A stretch of DNA of 64,000 bases from Eledone cirrhosa. Its lineage: Eukaryota. The stretch is from contig OZ024740.1 in assembly GCA_964016885.1 (NCBI GenBank), positions 208,816,001 through 208,880,000 of the forward strand. The letters are read 5' to 3'. Position numbers and translations under genes: made by a program. The notes beneath the pieces are model-generated. The model saw only the letters and a program-made list of their open reading frames with translations, ran no database searches and was not told where the DNA came from. Shown in pieces: positions 39,248 through 53,200 of this stretch (its first letter is position 1; every line of letters starts with the position of its first letter).

Positions 39248-39384
39248 AAATTCAAAAACTAATTATGTATATGTGTGTGTGTGGGGGGGGGGGGGGGGTA
39301 AAAGGTAAACAGAAATAACAACACAGTCGGTATAGTATATGGAAGGGATATATTAGGTTAACGCTTGAAATAGCAGGAAGAAGG

Positions 39385-39420
39385 TCTTAACGTTTCAGAC
39401 GCTAGTCTTTCATCAGAAGA
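39385..39420 (-). ncRNA. Minimal type I hammerhead motif (36 nt)
   Basis: Minus strand: TCTT-CTGATGA-A-AGAC-TAGC-GTCT-GAAAC-GTT-AAGA. Confidence 0.7.
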
Positions 39421-40466
39421 AAGAATGAGAAATCAAATAAATTGAAGGGACGGGCAGGGTGAAATTGGAAAAAAGTCTTTAAATAAAAATAACAAGTCCA
39501 TTCATGTTGCCATCTCTTATAAATAATACGTGAAGTTGTATATCTGGCGACATACGGTATGTTTATAAATAAACATTTTGAAAGTCTTCAGCCATGAATT
39601 TGAAAACTGACAGCATAGTGCCATCTAGTGTGTTCCTGCAGAAGCTAAGTATGGATAACCAGTGATGATGACGTCATCATTTCTGACTTTGGTCGTTATC
39701 AAACTAGTACTGCCGACCGCTTACTGCTGGAACTTAATATAAGCTAAAACATATAGTTTAGAAGTCTATTTACACTTGTTGATCAGCCAAATTTGCATAT
39801 AGAGTTACGGCTGGCTCAGCCGGGAATAAAATGCCATTTATTTTATCCCCGACTGAGCCATCCGTTAATTATACTCTTTGAACACAGCAATTGTCTCTTG
39901 ATACAGCAAACATACTGCTTTATTCTCGGCACTGGTAAAGAAATACTTGTGTAGCCAATATTCTTGGTCAATTTTGTGCTTTTTAGCAGAAGTCATTATT
40001 ACAGTCAGAAGAAATTATGTCACGGCGTTGTTGTGGAAACGAAATGCGGATGTCAACAGCGCATGCACAGTTTTCATGTTATGTCTGTTATCTATATACT
40101 ACTAAAACTCTGTGGTTGTGTGCTTGTCTGTAATACCGCCAAAACAGCGCATAATGGGAAAATACTTTGAAAAGAAGTTGCCCCTGAAATGGTAATACAA
40201 ATGCAATAAAAAAAAGTTTCGCGCAAATCGGAGCACGGGTTCCCGAGATACGGGTTTTTCCGGGTACCTTCATAAATAGAAAGAGAGAATGATAGAGAGA
40301 AAGAGATAGTGGTTGTGAGAGAATATATTGGACAGAGAGACATATATATATATGTATATAAAGAGAGACGGGGGAGGGGAGAAGGAAAATAGAAGAGATA
40401 GAGAGCTGGTGGTTTTATTGAATGAAATTATAACCGGTCACTTCAAAGAAACGAATACAGCATTAC

Positions 40467-40803
<337 letters not shown>

Positions 40804-41219
40804 TTGAAATAAAATGGTCACTCCTGTTCTCTGTCTCTCTGGTACAAAAACGTAACTAGATCTAGTCTCGGCTTAAGTATAATATACGAAAATTTGTTAA
40901 TTTATTTATTTTTTTTTTTTTATTCGGCGAATGCACAAAACTCTTTGGCGGACTGCATTTGGACCGCGGGCCGTAGTTTGCCCACTCCTGTCTTAGAGTG
41001 TTTCCAAACCACATGTTTGTATGGAAGGAGTGTTGCTAATTACGTTTACGTTGCTACCATAAGAGTCAATTCAGCTAGGCACCCTTCCTGTTTCACCAAC
41101 ATAATAAGTAAACAGACCTCGTTTATTGTCATATTTGGAACAACATGACCCTCCTCAAATATAACAATATTTGTTTCAACACACGATTTCATATCAAAAT
41201 CCTTTTAAAATAAATTCAT

Positions 41220-42205
41220 CGCCGTCAGACCTCGTTTAATTAAACGACTTCAACTTAGTCGCTTTGGCCACAAACCCCGGTACCACGGCTTGCAATGAAG
41301 AGGACAGGAAGTCAAGAAAATACCTGGGCTTGTCCGGCCGCATGGTGTTCCCGCGTGCTACCAAACATTACCCCGTCGTCGGTCACTGTAACGCCTCCTA
41401 AGCAACCAATCGCATCTATGCCGATTAGCACATCAATTCCATCCACTACGTGGTCGATCACGATTGCCCGCAGCCTTATTTTCATTCATCGTACCGCCAG
41501 AGGTGCAAAGATGTATCGAAGAAGGCATGTTAATCCTTTGGGGGAAGGACATAAAGAGCGGGGTGTTGCTGTTAATAGCAGTAGTGCAACCAACGAAGAA
41601 CAAGGCCTGCCCGCCTACATCGGTAGCAAATTATTTCAGGCTTCGGTTTCCTGCAGTCTCTTGTCATGTACAGACCCTGACGCCTGAAGCCTTGGCCTTT
41701 GAATGCCCGCAGCCAAACGTTCATGGGGGGTTCTTCTCTCTTCGTCGTTCGTCGATCGCTGTTGCTTGGTAACTGTTGGAGCTTCACCTAAATTTCATCG
41801 AGCAAACCATTCACGAACGCCATCCGCACAACCCTTTCGAGATTCTATCCTGTGAATTCGGCTCGTGTAGCCAACCACCAGATTTTCGCCGATTTTATCT
41901 TTCTAATCTGTATCGGCTGCAAGGTCGGAGAAAATAAATTACAAAAAAAAAAAAAAAATGAACGAGCTGAAATTGCGTTTTCATTCGAGTCCCGACTTAA
42001 TTTCCTTGCGCGGATGTTCACCTGTTATACGTACGGCCAAAGAATATAGCAAGTCTCACACACTCATTCATCGCAGCCATGAAAACGTCCGTCCGCATCC
42101 AGTCAGCTTACAGATGAAGAAAGGCCGAAAGACCGCGCGCACTTCTGATATTATGTCACTGGCCCTCGCTTCCAGCAAAACCTACCCTGCACTTTCGGCA
42201 CCCTA
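41220..42205 (-). mobile_element. Decayed Gypsy-like LTR retrotransposon gag-protease fragment
   Basis: Minus strand: LERVVRMAFVNGLLDEI.VKLQQLP (gag), degenerate CCHC knuckle IICYRCRRAG, and protease C-terminus VVDGIDVLIGIDAIGCLGGVTV. Confidence 0.7.
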
Positions 42206-42330
42206 GCCCCACAAAATATATATAATATCATTCATCTATGCTTGTGTTTTCTCATGTCTCTAAACAGAAACACTAGTGTTTACTGGCTAATGAAATACAT
42301 AGGTATATTTTGTTATTAAAACATCTTGTA

Positions 42331-42550
42331 GGGCGGTCGATTGGCAGTATCGGTAGAGGGTCGGACGCCATGCTTTGCAGCATATAATTACGGCCCTTTA
42401 TGATCTAAGTTCAAATCCCGCCGAGGTTAACTTTGCCTTTCATCCTTACGGGGTCAATGAAATAAAGTACCAGTCACGCACTGGGGACAATTTAATCGAC
42501 CCCCCCCCCCCAAAAAAAAAAATTACTGGCCTTGTGCTTATACTAGAAAT
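42331..42550 (+). mobile_element. SINE family 1 copy
   Basis: Complete head, core and tail. Confidence 0.88.
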
Positions 42551-42593
42551 CGTTAGTAAAACGTCTTGTACATCTAAATGCAATTTATATAAT

Positions 42594-42885
42594 TCAAGGA
42601 AAGTAAATCTCTAATTTGTGATGCCACGTTCTACGACACGTTGTCTGCCTCCAAACCTGGCTAGTGCTGCCCATAACACAAAGGCGCGGAAGACATCCAA
42701 ATACCGAGACTTGACAGACCGCTTTCTTTTCGTGCCGGTTGCCTTCGAGACCTCTGGTGTCCTTGGCCCGCCAACTGCCGTTTATCCTCCACAAAGTGAG
42801 ATTGAGTGGCTTATGCAGCGAGTGTCGCTGGCTGATATCCGCGGCAATGCTTTCGTCGTCTTGTCCGCAGCACGCCACTGAGATA
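42594..42885 (+). mobile_element. CRE-clade LINE 3' fragment
   Basis: KTSKYRDLTDRFLFVPVAFETSGVLG..WLMQRVSLADIRGNA is typical of the CRE restriction-like endonuclease C-terminus. Confidence 0.75.
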
Positions 42886-42942
42886 TACCACCCAGATAGG
42901 GGTGGAGAGGCTGCTCCCTCTCGTACACATCCCTTATTTTCG

Positions 42943-43452
42943 TGGATTGGCAGTATCGGTAGAGGGTCGGACGCCATACTTTCCAGCATAGTTACGTCCC
43001 TTTACGATCTGAGTTCAAATCCCGCCGAGGTTGACTTTGCCTTTCATCCTTACGGGGGCGATAAAATAAAGTACCAGTAATGCACTGGGTTATTGCTGGC
43101 CTTGTGCCTAAAGTAGAAACAATTATTTAATTCTTTCTCTCTCTCTCTCTTTCTATTTATTATACGAAATATTTATGTAAATAAAATTTGAATTACATTG
43201 TTAACAATTTATATAATATATATGATTTACAACAGAAACAAATTAATGGTTTCTTATATAGGATCAAGGCCAGCAATTTTGGGGGAGGGGGAAGTCGATT
43301 AAATCGACCCCAGTGCGTGACTGGTACTTTATTTCATCGACCCCGTAAGGATGAAAGGCAAAGTTAACCTCGGCGGGATTTGAACTCAGATCATAAAGGG
43401 CCGTAACTATATGCTGCAAAGCATGGCGTCCGACCCTCTACCGATACTGCCG
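42943..43452. mobile_element. Tail-to-tail pair of SINE family 1 copies (42943-43125 +, 43248-43452 -)
   Basis: Two complete copies in opposite orientation about 120 bp apart. Confidence 0.88.
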
Positions 43453-46195
43453 AAAAGTGGTAAGAAAAAATGAGAAAAGACGACCAAACTCAATTCCACC
43501 TTACAACAGGAAATGTATCATGTTGATGTGAAATCATAGGTTTCTCGATATTTAAATCTAAAGTCTGTCTTAAGCCATTTAAGGCTCGTTAGGCCAGTAT
43601 TATCCCAGTTTCATGACTCAACCCTGAACATGACGCCAGTCCACAGCAGGGTTAAACCTCCAGCTATTGCTGTTACTCATTTTCAGCTGTGTATACTGGA
43701 GCAACATAAAATGACGTGTTTTGCTCGTGAATACAGCACACAACACAGCCCCGGAATCGAACCCACGAAATTATGATCGTAAGTCCAATACTAACACCAC
43801 TAGGCCACGCACCCCCACTTTCTCGAAATGATTAAAAAAGCGATTAAATCAACTGTACCAACATTCAAGACGTTCGGTGGAGCAGGGCCACTGATGAAGT
43901 TTTGTCATTGTTGGTTCGTTTTAATGAAATATCAGGTAATGCTCGTGAGGAGTACTAGACACTTCTTAGCACCTCAGCCAAGCCATCATCCGCTATAATA
44001 CCGTTACTGTGTTGGTTTACTTAAAAAATCCCTTAGAGAGAAACACCAACAGCCCCTCTTATAGTGTGTAATTGAGTGAGCCTGTCGTCTGTTTTCCCCT
44101 CTAATTAATTTCTATTGATTTGTTGCTTTTGTATGATGAATCATATTCATTATATAAATTATATAAATTATGTTTATATATACAAGATGTTTTAATAACA
44201 CAGAATAAAATATAAACGGCATTTAGCAGAACTACAGTATAGTATGGCGGTGAATTGGCAGAGTCGCTAGAACGTCGGATAGAATGCTTTATGGCATTTC
44301 TTCCAACTCTCTGCTCTCTGAGTTCAAATCCCGCCGAGGTCATCTTTGCCTTTTATCCTTTCAAGGTCGATAAAGTACCAGTCTAGTACTGGGGTCGATT
44401 CTTCCTCACTTTGGAAGAAATCTGCTGTACTCGGGCCAGGAGAGGGATATGCCGGCCCCACCATGCTTAAAATACCCAAGAAACGCTGTATGTCAATACG
44501 GCACCCCTACCACTCTATCGGGAGTTACGAGACCATACTATACCATACAGTATCGTATATGTGGAGGCGCGTGGTCTAGTAATAAGGGAGTTGAACTTTC
44601 GATCATAATGTCGTGGGTTCGATTCCTGGGCTGGATTGCGTGTTGCCTTCTCGAGCAACACTTTGTTCCAGTGTACTCAGCTGAAAATGAGTACCAGCAA
44701 TAGCTGGGAGATTAACCATGCGATGGACTGGCATCCAGTCCAGGGGGTTGTCATGTACTCTTAGTCGCTTCAGGCCATGAAACCGAGATAAGACCGGCCT
44801 CACGAGCCTTCTGGCTTAAGACATACTTTAGACAATATTGTCACACCACTCCGACATTCTGTCCCTCAACGTTCTTAATAATGCATATTGTTTTATGTAA
44901 TTCGGCAAAAATACGTTTTCGAAAGTGTGCATTAAGATTATGTTGATTAAAAAAAAACAGCTTTATTTTCTCCCCTCAAAATTTATAATTATAGAAATGA
45001 CATGACATTCCTGTATAAAATCTATAACAATTGTTTTCTTCTTTTGCATGGACCAGCACTTATTGGTGGAGTCTTAGTGGCGTTGTAGTGATATAAGACG
45101 TTTTGGGGGTATTTTAAACCTTGTGGTGCTCATCTCCTCTCCATGTCTGACCACAACCGATTTCTTCTAGAGATAGAAAGGAAGTGAGAAAGAGATATAG
45201 ACAAAGAATCGTCTGAAATACACAATACTCAACTGGCACGTTTTTTTTTTTATTGACCTTGATGAAAGGCAAGGTTAACCTCGGTGGGATTTGAACTCAA
45301 GGGGCAGAGAGCCGGAACGAATATAGCAAAGCATTCTAACGACTCTGCCAATTCTCCATCTATATATTATTCATTATCAACCTGGAATTGGAAGTCACGA
45401 TGAAAACATATCCGAGTTTTCCATTAGCCTACTAACAAATACACTACTGAATACCCTTTTATTTTTCCTCTGATTAATTTTCATTGATTCGTTTCTTTTG
45501 CAAATCATATTCATTATATAAATTGCATTTATATGTACAGGGCGTTTTAATAAGATATATTAAAACTAAAAAATAAAAAATACAATAATAATAATGATAA
45601 ATACAGATCGAAAGCATTGATGAAATATACAATAATGAAAGTATTTTTTAAAATAAAATTTCCTTTTTCTAAATTTCATCAATATAATCGTAATTTGTAC
45701 CTTGGGAAACATATTTCTACAAAATTTTACAAAAAAGAACAAATCAAATAAAATGCATTGTAAACAAAGTCGGGGGTAAAGGGGCAATAGATTGTAGTTA
45801 ACCTTAGTATTTAACGGGTAATTATTTCATCAACCAAAAGTACAAAACATCAAGTCGAACTAAAAAATACAAGATTAAAACTAAAAATCACAGTCAATTC
45901 TTAGCCTTTACGTAAAAAAAAATTGTTATAAATATATAGGTATATATTCTTCATCGAATTAACACATGTAATTTAACAGGTTATATAGATCGCAAACAAT
46001 TTTATATAAATATCAGTTATCGTATTTGTTATTATCGAAATGGTGAGACATAAGATACATTTATATTAAATTCGATCGGTTGAATACAGATAGTATATAA
46101 GATGAAACCAAAATAAAAACACACAACTACCCAAAATTTCAAGGTGTATTAACGATTTGTTATATTATACCTCCGTCGGCGTCAATGGCCTTGTA

Positions 46196-46267
46196 GCCGT
46201 GATCGTCTAGTGGTTAGGACCCCACGTTGTGGCCGTGGTAACCCAGGTTCGAATCCTGGTCACGGCA
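46196..46267 (+). tRNA. trnH-GTG: tRNA-His (GTG)
   Basis: GCCGTGATCGTCTAGTGGTTAGGACCCCACGTT-GTG-GCCGTGGTAACCCAGGTTCGAATCCTGGTCACGGCA folds as a full cloverleaf with the anticodon at 46229-46231 and intact A/B boxes. Confidence 0.97.
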
Positions 46268-46277
46268 GGCCATTGTA

Positions 46278-46282
46278 TTTTT
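46278..46282 (+). terminator. RNA polymerase III oligo-T terminator
   Basis: TTTTT about 10 nt after the tRNA 3' end. Confidence 0.7.
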
Positions 46283-46607
46283 ATTTTAAAATAAAGTGAT
46301 TTTTAATACAGAAATACAGTTGTTTTTTTATACACACACACATGCTTATTTAAATATATACATGTATTTTGTATATATATTATAATTTTCTATCAATACA
46401 AACACTACTTTTGACTTGAGAGTATATTTTGCAATTTAATGACGAGTTATTTCCCTTTAAATGGACTCTACCTCTCTATCTGCTGAAGTACTGTATATTG
46501 CAGACATTTAGACCGGTGACCAACACCATAGACAGACAATCTTAATTTACTAACTAATTCTTTAAAGTATCTCACATAACTAGCTTGATTTCTAAATACC
46601 TATTACT

Positions 46608-46673
46608 ATGGCTTTCGAACTTGAAAATATCATCATACAACTTTTCACTCCAGATAGTGATGTTGTCAAGAAG
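46608..46673 (+). CDS. IPO4: IPO4 coding exon 1 (MAFELENIIIQLFTPDSDVVKK)
   Basis: ATG start; donor AAG|GTGAGA; phase 0. Confidence 0.82.
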
Positions 46674-49600
46674 GTGAGAATTTTCTTTTTCTTCATTCAC
46701 ATCTCCAATTTATAAATCTTAAATATTCGTTCACACCAGTTATTGTTACTCTACATACTAGATAGCATTAATTTTTATAGAATATATTTTTTTAATTCTG
46801 ATATATAATAATGCATCTTTAATAATACATATTTCCATGTGTTTTTGTTTTAATGAATTAAGTTTATCTAAAACTTCGTAAAATTTGTTTTCTATAAAAT
46901 ATCTCCCCTCTAAAATGTCTTTCATTTCAGCTGTATTTGTACAATTGTTAACAATATATCACAAAATTATATAATTAAACCCTGTATGGAAAAATACTTA
47001 AAATTAACTACCTACCCATGTCTTATTTAATTCATTGAACAAAATGCTATGGCGACCCAAAATTTGTCAATGCTGAAACCATTGTGGAAACTCTTGAACA
47101 GCCGGTTTTAGGTCGGGAATTATTAATTGGTGAACATTATTACTGCTTATCAAAATCGATTATAACCAAATCCCTTCCGGATCCAACAGCGAAATCTAAT
47201 AATATAGCATGTTAACTCAATAATGTAAAACGTTAGTAATATTTATAGTTAAATAATTACTTCTTTCGCAGGGGGTCTACTTTGCTTTTCGTGCATCATG
47301 TGGTCGATAAAATATATACCAGTTAACTACCAATATCAACTATATATCCCCTTCCACAAAATTTATAACCTTGTTAGAAATCACCAATTACTTCTTTAAA
47401 AATGTTTTTATTGTTTTTTAGAAGAGAAAAAAACGTATTTTTTCCATGTTTTCCTCACTCTAAAGAAGCAGACAACAGTTCTTCATTCCAAAGGCGTTCT
47501 TTCTTGAACTTCTCTGTCTGTTTGTCCCTCTCCTTTTCTCTCTAATTTTCATATTTCTAGACTAGAATTCCAATGCCTCACTTATCTAGTCCCCCACCGT
47601 TTCTCTCTTTTAATGACACGTGCAACAGTTATTTACTTTTCACGCAACATACCTTTTCTTCGACATACCAACATTGTTAATTCGATACCTTTCTTAATAT
47701 AGTCATTTTTTATTATTAATAAACATATTAAAAGTTAAATTTTATGAGGGCATGTAATTCTAAATGGAGGCTTGAATGAATTGTTTTGTTTTTCTTTTTT
47801 TTTAATCTAAACTCACACGATGTAATTGAAAATGCAAAACAGCAGTGTTAAAACAAACTAGGTTGGCCATGTCAAGGGGTATTTTTTCCTTGTTTCCTCT
47901 TTTCCATCGAGATTTTAAACATTGTTGACCGAAAATATATGGGAGAATCTTTGGTATTTTCACGCGAAATAATAACGTAAATATCTTGCCAGTTTCATCG
48001 GATTGCGTTTATATAAGTTCAGGTTAGGGTTTCCTCGCCGGCTCATATATCGAGCGGAGTGTACGAAAGGAATCCGGTGAATGCGACGAGATAATTTCAT
48101 CTTATTTCGTGTTATATATATATATATATTGGTTTCTATCAACTAGTTACCAGACCAACATTCCATTGGGTAAGGGTTATAATGGTCGAGAGTATATTAC
48201 TGGTACCTATTTTATCAACCTGAAGAGAGAGATGTCGACATCTTTATTAATAACTTAGATGTGTTGTTAGAGTTAGACAAACTGTAGAATAAACGTTTGT
48301 ATTTTTTATAATCGAGAGTGACGATGGGAGACGGGAAAACCCTTTTCCCGCTCGAGTGTTGCATGTCGCTCTTTTAAAGCTCCGCGTGTTGATACATTCT
48401 CACCGGGGAGCTAGCGCATGCTATGCTGAAGATGGCAGGATGACTAAGTACAATTCATTGACGGGCAGGTTCCTGATTCCCAGATAGCCTGAGGAAAGAA
48501 CCTGTTGAAGTAGCGTGGGTGAAGCAGAATATATCACTAGAAGTTCGGTGCTTCTCTAGAATATGCCCCTCCACACTCATCTGATAAATATTTATTCTTG
48601 AACCTTCGTTAGAATAATGTTTACAATGTAATAATTTGAATTTCTATGTTGAAAGCCCATTTGCTAGACGGAAGAGTAACCATGGTGGAAAGGCATTTAT
48701 GGGATTTTGGAGGTTACATGCAGCAAACGAAGGCACGAATTTTTGGTCACTGTCCTCTCAAGATATGCTGGAACTTTAATCCCTATAATACGTCAATTTA
48801 TCCACCTTGGCTCCACCCTTATTAACGTGTGTGCGAGACTACACGTACGATACAGTCATCTGTCTATCATAAGAACAATTTTGTAGACCTTGACACAGGA
48901 GTAACAACAAATTATGTTAAAAGGATGCGGCAAGAAGTAAAGCAACAAAACCATTGTCAGTTTGGGATTCATCCACAAATGGTGGACCCTCCCTATCTTG
49001 CTTAGTTTATATGGAGACAATTTCGGGATTCTCCATTTAAAAATACCCCCCTCCCCCCAAAAGACATAACTGATTTTTATAATTTGGAATAAATTATTTT
49101 GGATTATATTCTCTTACGTATATTTATTTATCGTGGGGCGGCGGTGGCTATTCTGGAGAAGCACCAGTTGATTTTTGTGGTGGTGGGGGTTCTATTCTAT
49201 CCCGCATGACAGCCATAAACCAATTACACAACAGAATATGTAAAATAAAAAACAAGCTATCAAGAAATTTGATAACTTGCACATTGAATGAAAAAAAGCA
49301 GACAAATTGTTTTTAAAACTGGAGAGACTTGATGTTTGATAGAGTAGTTTACTGCAGCAGTTCTCAGACTGACAGGTACCAGGTCATTCTCCAAAATATT
49401 AGTCACAGTACAAACAAAATAGTTATATAGTATAATAAAAATGCTACAACAGAATTATAGCTACATAAAAAAATCACTTTGATTTTTATTAAGCTTGCCA
49501 ATTTGTTCAGTTCCTTCTCTGCGAGAAACACTGGTTTACATTACTTGAGTTCCTACATGTTCGACCGATTTGCTAGAAATAGCAGCCAAATTTTCCTTAA

Positions 49601-50228
49601 ATCACACTGCTGTGTTAAAAACAACTGACGTTCACATTAGACAGCCTTAAGTAGCCCTAAAAAGACAGGATGATCATAGCTGGAATGCTTTTATTTATAG
49701 ATTTTTCTCAATCAGAATGACTCTGGTGTTAAATAATTATTTCTTATATAGGTACAAAACGAAAAATTTAGGGGAAGAGTTGATCATCTCCAAAAGGATG
49801 AAAAGCAAAGTAGACTTCTGCAGAATTTGAACTTAGTTTTTATTTATTTTTTCAATCTAACTAAATACTGTGTGATAAGCAACTATATATACTCGGATAT
49901 ACTTGTCATCATTTTATGTATGTTTTTGGTGCTGTCATTGGTTGGACATGTTGTTAGGTACAATCTGACAGATGTGTACTTATCATGGTACCAGCACAAC
50001 CACCTACTGAGTGGACTGGGTGCTTTTTGTTACTAGCTCAACCACCTTAATGTGGACTGAGAACCTTTTTGTCGTTTCACCAACATGGCCACTTTACAGT
50101 GAGGACTGGGAGCTTTTTTATTTATATATATCATCATCATTTTACGTCCACTTTTCCCTGCTTGCAAAGGTGGGACGGGTCCTCGTCGGCACAGCATCTC
50201 TCCATTTGTCATGGTCCTTTTACATACA

Positions 50229-50288
<60 letters not shown>

Positions 50289-53200
50289 TATATAAAAACA
50301 ACTGAGCAGCACTGAAAGATGGAAGTATTCAGGAAGGTGGGGAGGCAACACTTACTGCATAGTTATTGTAACTAAATGCTTTACATAAATATGTTTACTA
50401 CAAATACTGGTGTAGTTTCCCCAACTGTAGACAACTTCTTCTAAATCATCCATTCAAATAATTTCACTTGTTGGAAACCTCCACCCAATGTTAGACTGCA
50501 ATAAAGAATGTTATAGTTAATAAGAGGATGGATGGTAGCTAACGGCTTTGTATGTGCACATATCTCTTGCAATAAATACTTTTCTGGTTATTTTTGTAAG
50601 ATGGCCAGGCCAGCATTATGCAGCAACTGTTCTCAGTTTTTAGATAGTAAAAACATGCTGTTTGAGTAATTTTAGGAATTTAGGAATTTAAGTCATGTGA
50701 AATGATTTTCTTATACAATAGTTTTACTGGTTTCAATTATTGCCCTGTGGCACTCCCTTCAACGTTTTTTTCCCCCCATAGTCATTAACCCAACTGCTTG
50801 TTTTAGTCCAATACCTATTGGTCGATCTCTAGCAAATGGCTGTTTTGCCCATTTTGGCATGAAAGAATGTAGCATGATGCACTGCTTTATATTGCTAAAC
50901 AGTCATCACTATTTTGTGCATGTGCACACACACACACATATATTTTGATGAAAAATATATGAAGGTCGTATTCCAATAACTTCTTTTATGGCTGCATAAT
51001 ACATAAATCTGTGGCCAATTAATTACGTCATCAGAACATGATGCAATACAATCATCAGATGGTATGAACATAATAGATACAGTTTATCAATATTTAGAGG
51101 CACAACAAAAATAAGAACAAAAACACAGAATTAATTATACAGAGCTACCTATTAGTTAAACCATACAGCATAAAGAAAATACATAGATATATATATATAA
51201 AATATGTATATATGAGACACTTTTGAAATAGCAACATTAAAAACAAGTCCGTTTTCATGTTACAGGGTTGCATTGCTTAAGAAATGTATTATAAAATATC
51301 CATTGCATAAAAAATGTATTACCTAAAATGCTGTCTGAAGAAGTCGTCAATCTAAATTATAATAAAGTAAGGAGTGCGGGACTGCGTACGGTTTATTTCT
51401 TTTAATCCAGTTAGTAAATTAAGTTGGATTACTTTGAATAAATAACCTCACTGTCAGTAGCCCAACTCCCCCAAACGTCTCGAATGCCACAAGCTGGATA
51501 ATGTAGTTAGCTGACAAAACACAGCATTTTAGGATTTTGTTCCCTTCAGCTGCAGATGCTGTAGCTCTCGCCCTTACCGCTGCATCCAGGATGTGGGAAG
51601 AAGCAAGAGTCACTAACTGTGATGTCCCAGGTAAGGCACCTGCCTCTTGACCAGGAGCACAGAATAAGACCGTCAATTTTTTTCCCATCAATTCTGGACG
51701 ACCCAGATTGTTCCAAAATTGAGGGGTTGTTTGCCCGGCCCAAAGCTCAGTGTGTGTATGTGCGCGCGCATGATTTTGTCGGCATTCTTAAATTAGAGAC
51801 GTGTATCACTGTTTTTAAGTTAGACATATATGTGTGTATCCTTTTCCTTCCTTTTACACATACATTCACACAAACGGGTGGACAGAAGTCCCTCAAATTT
51901 ATATACATGTGAATGGAGTTCTACTGAAGCAGTTAGAGAAGTTCAATTATCTTGGAGCCGTGTTCATGAGTGATGGAATGTAGGATGGTGAATTAAGTGC
52001 AAGAATTGCAAAAGTTGATGCAGTAATGTGCCAGCTTCAGAAGAAGGGGGTAGGTGTAAAAGCCCAACTCGCTGTCTTCCTGGTATTCCTGCCAACTCTT
52101 ACCGAGGATCATGAATCTTGAATAATGACCAAAAGAATACAATTGCAAATAAAAGCGGCAGACATGGGATTCCTCAGAAGGGTCTTTGGAGTAATGTTAC
52201 TTGATAAAGTGCATAACTCAGAGACCAGAGAGTCACTCCTGGTGGAACCGCTACTTCTCCGAATTGAGAGATCACAACTCCAATATTATGAGCGTGTGGT
52301 TAGAATGTCTTAGTAAAGAATCGCTGGACACATTTTACAGGCAAAACCAACTGGGAAGAGACCAAGAGGTAGACCCTGAGCAAGATAGTTGGATAATATC
52401 CATGAGCTTGGCTGGTCACGCTTTGGGATCCAGCTGGATCAGTTAGAGATGTTTGCTTCTGACACTCGCTGGAAGAAGTGTTTGGGAAGGACTCTGCCCC
52501 CACAATCCACTCAGAAATAAGTGGGCGAAGAAGATATTGTCAATTTACTTTTCAATTTACATATATATATATATTTGCATATAATACCAATATGCACACT
52601 ACGTATGCTAGCAGAAAACCGCACAGAAATGCTAGTATGAGTTGGATGGGACTTTTTGAGGCAATGATTTATAACTGGGTGTGCTTCCTGACATCAACCT
52701 TTTTAGATGCTTCTTATGGCATGCATGGATATGGTGTACCTATTCCAAACTGGATGCACAGGGCCATATATATTGTCATCATTTAATGTCTGTTTTCCCT
52801 GGTGTGTGTGTGTGTGTGTATATATATATTAGGTTATGCAAGAAATGCTTAGGATTATCCTGAATGCAGTAATGATTAATTACTACACTAGATAGAGTCG
52901 ACGTACGGTGAGGGGTTACTCAACGGGTTATGAAAGAACAGTTAAAGAAACTCGGATGAACAGCATTTGAAAATTGAGTATCTGCAAATAAATACCTACC
53001 AATTTGCGCATAGCATGACTAGGCTGTGTAACTACTAAAGAAACATTTGTAAGCACTTGTACCTTTTTATGATGTCTACCTGTTTTAATCATTCTTTTTA
53101 TATATATATATATATACGCACGCACGCACACACAGGCACACAAAAAAATCAAACAAACAAGACAATATTGCACTCATATTAATACACTTACATATGTGCA

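Noticed and set aside
44563-44630. tRNA gene from GGCGCGTGGTCTAGT...GGTTCGATTCC
   Set aside because: It is the head of a family-2 SINE. The cloverleaf is incomplete and it continues into the SINE core.
47050-47120. Alternative IPO4 first exon at ATGGCGACCCAAAAT
   Set aside because: No importin similarity, and the exon at 46608-46673 fits the family N-terminus and phase.
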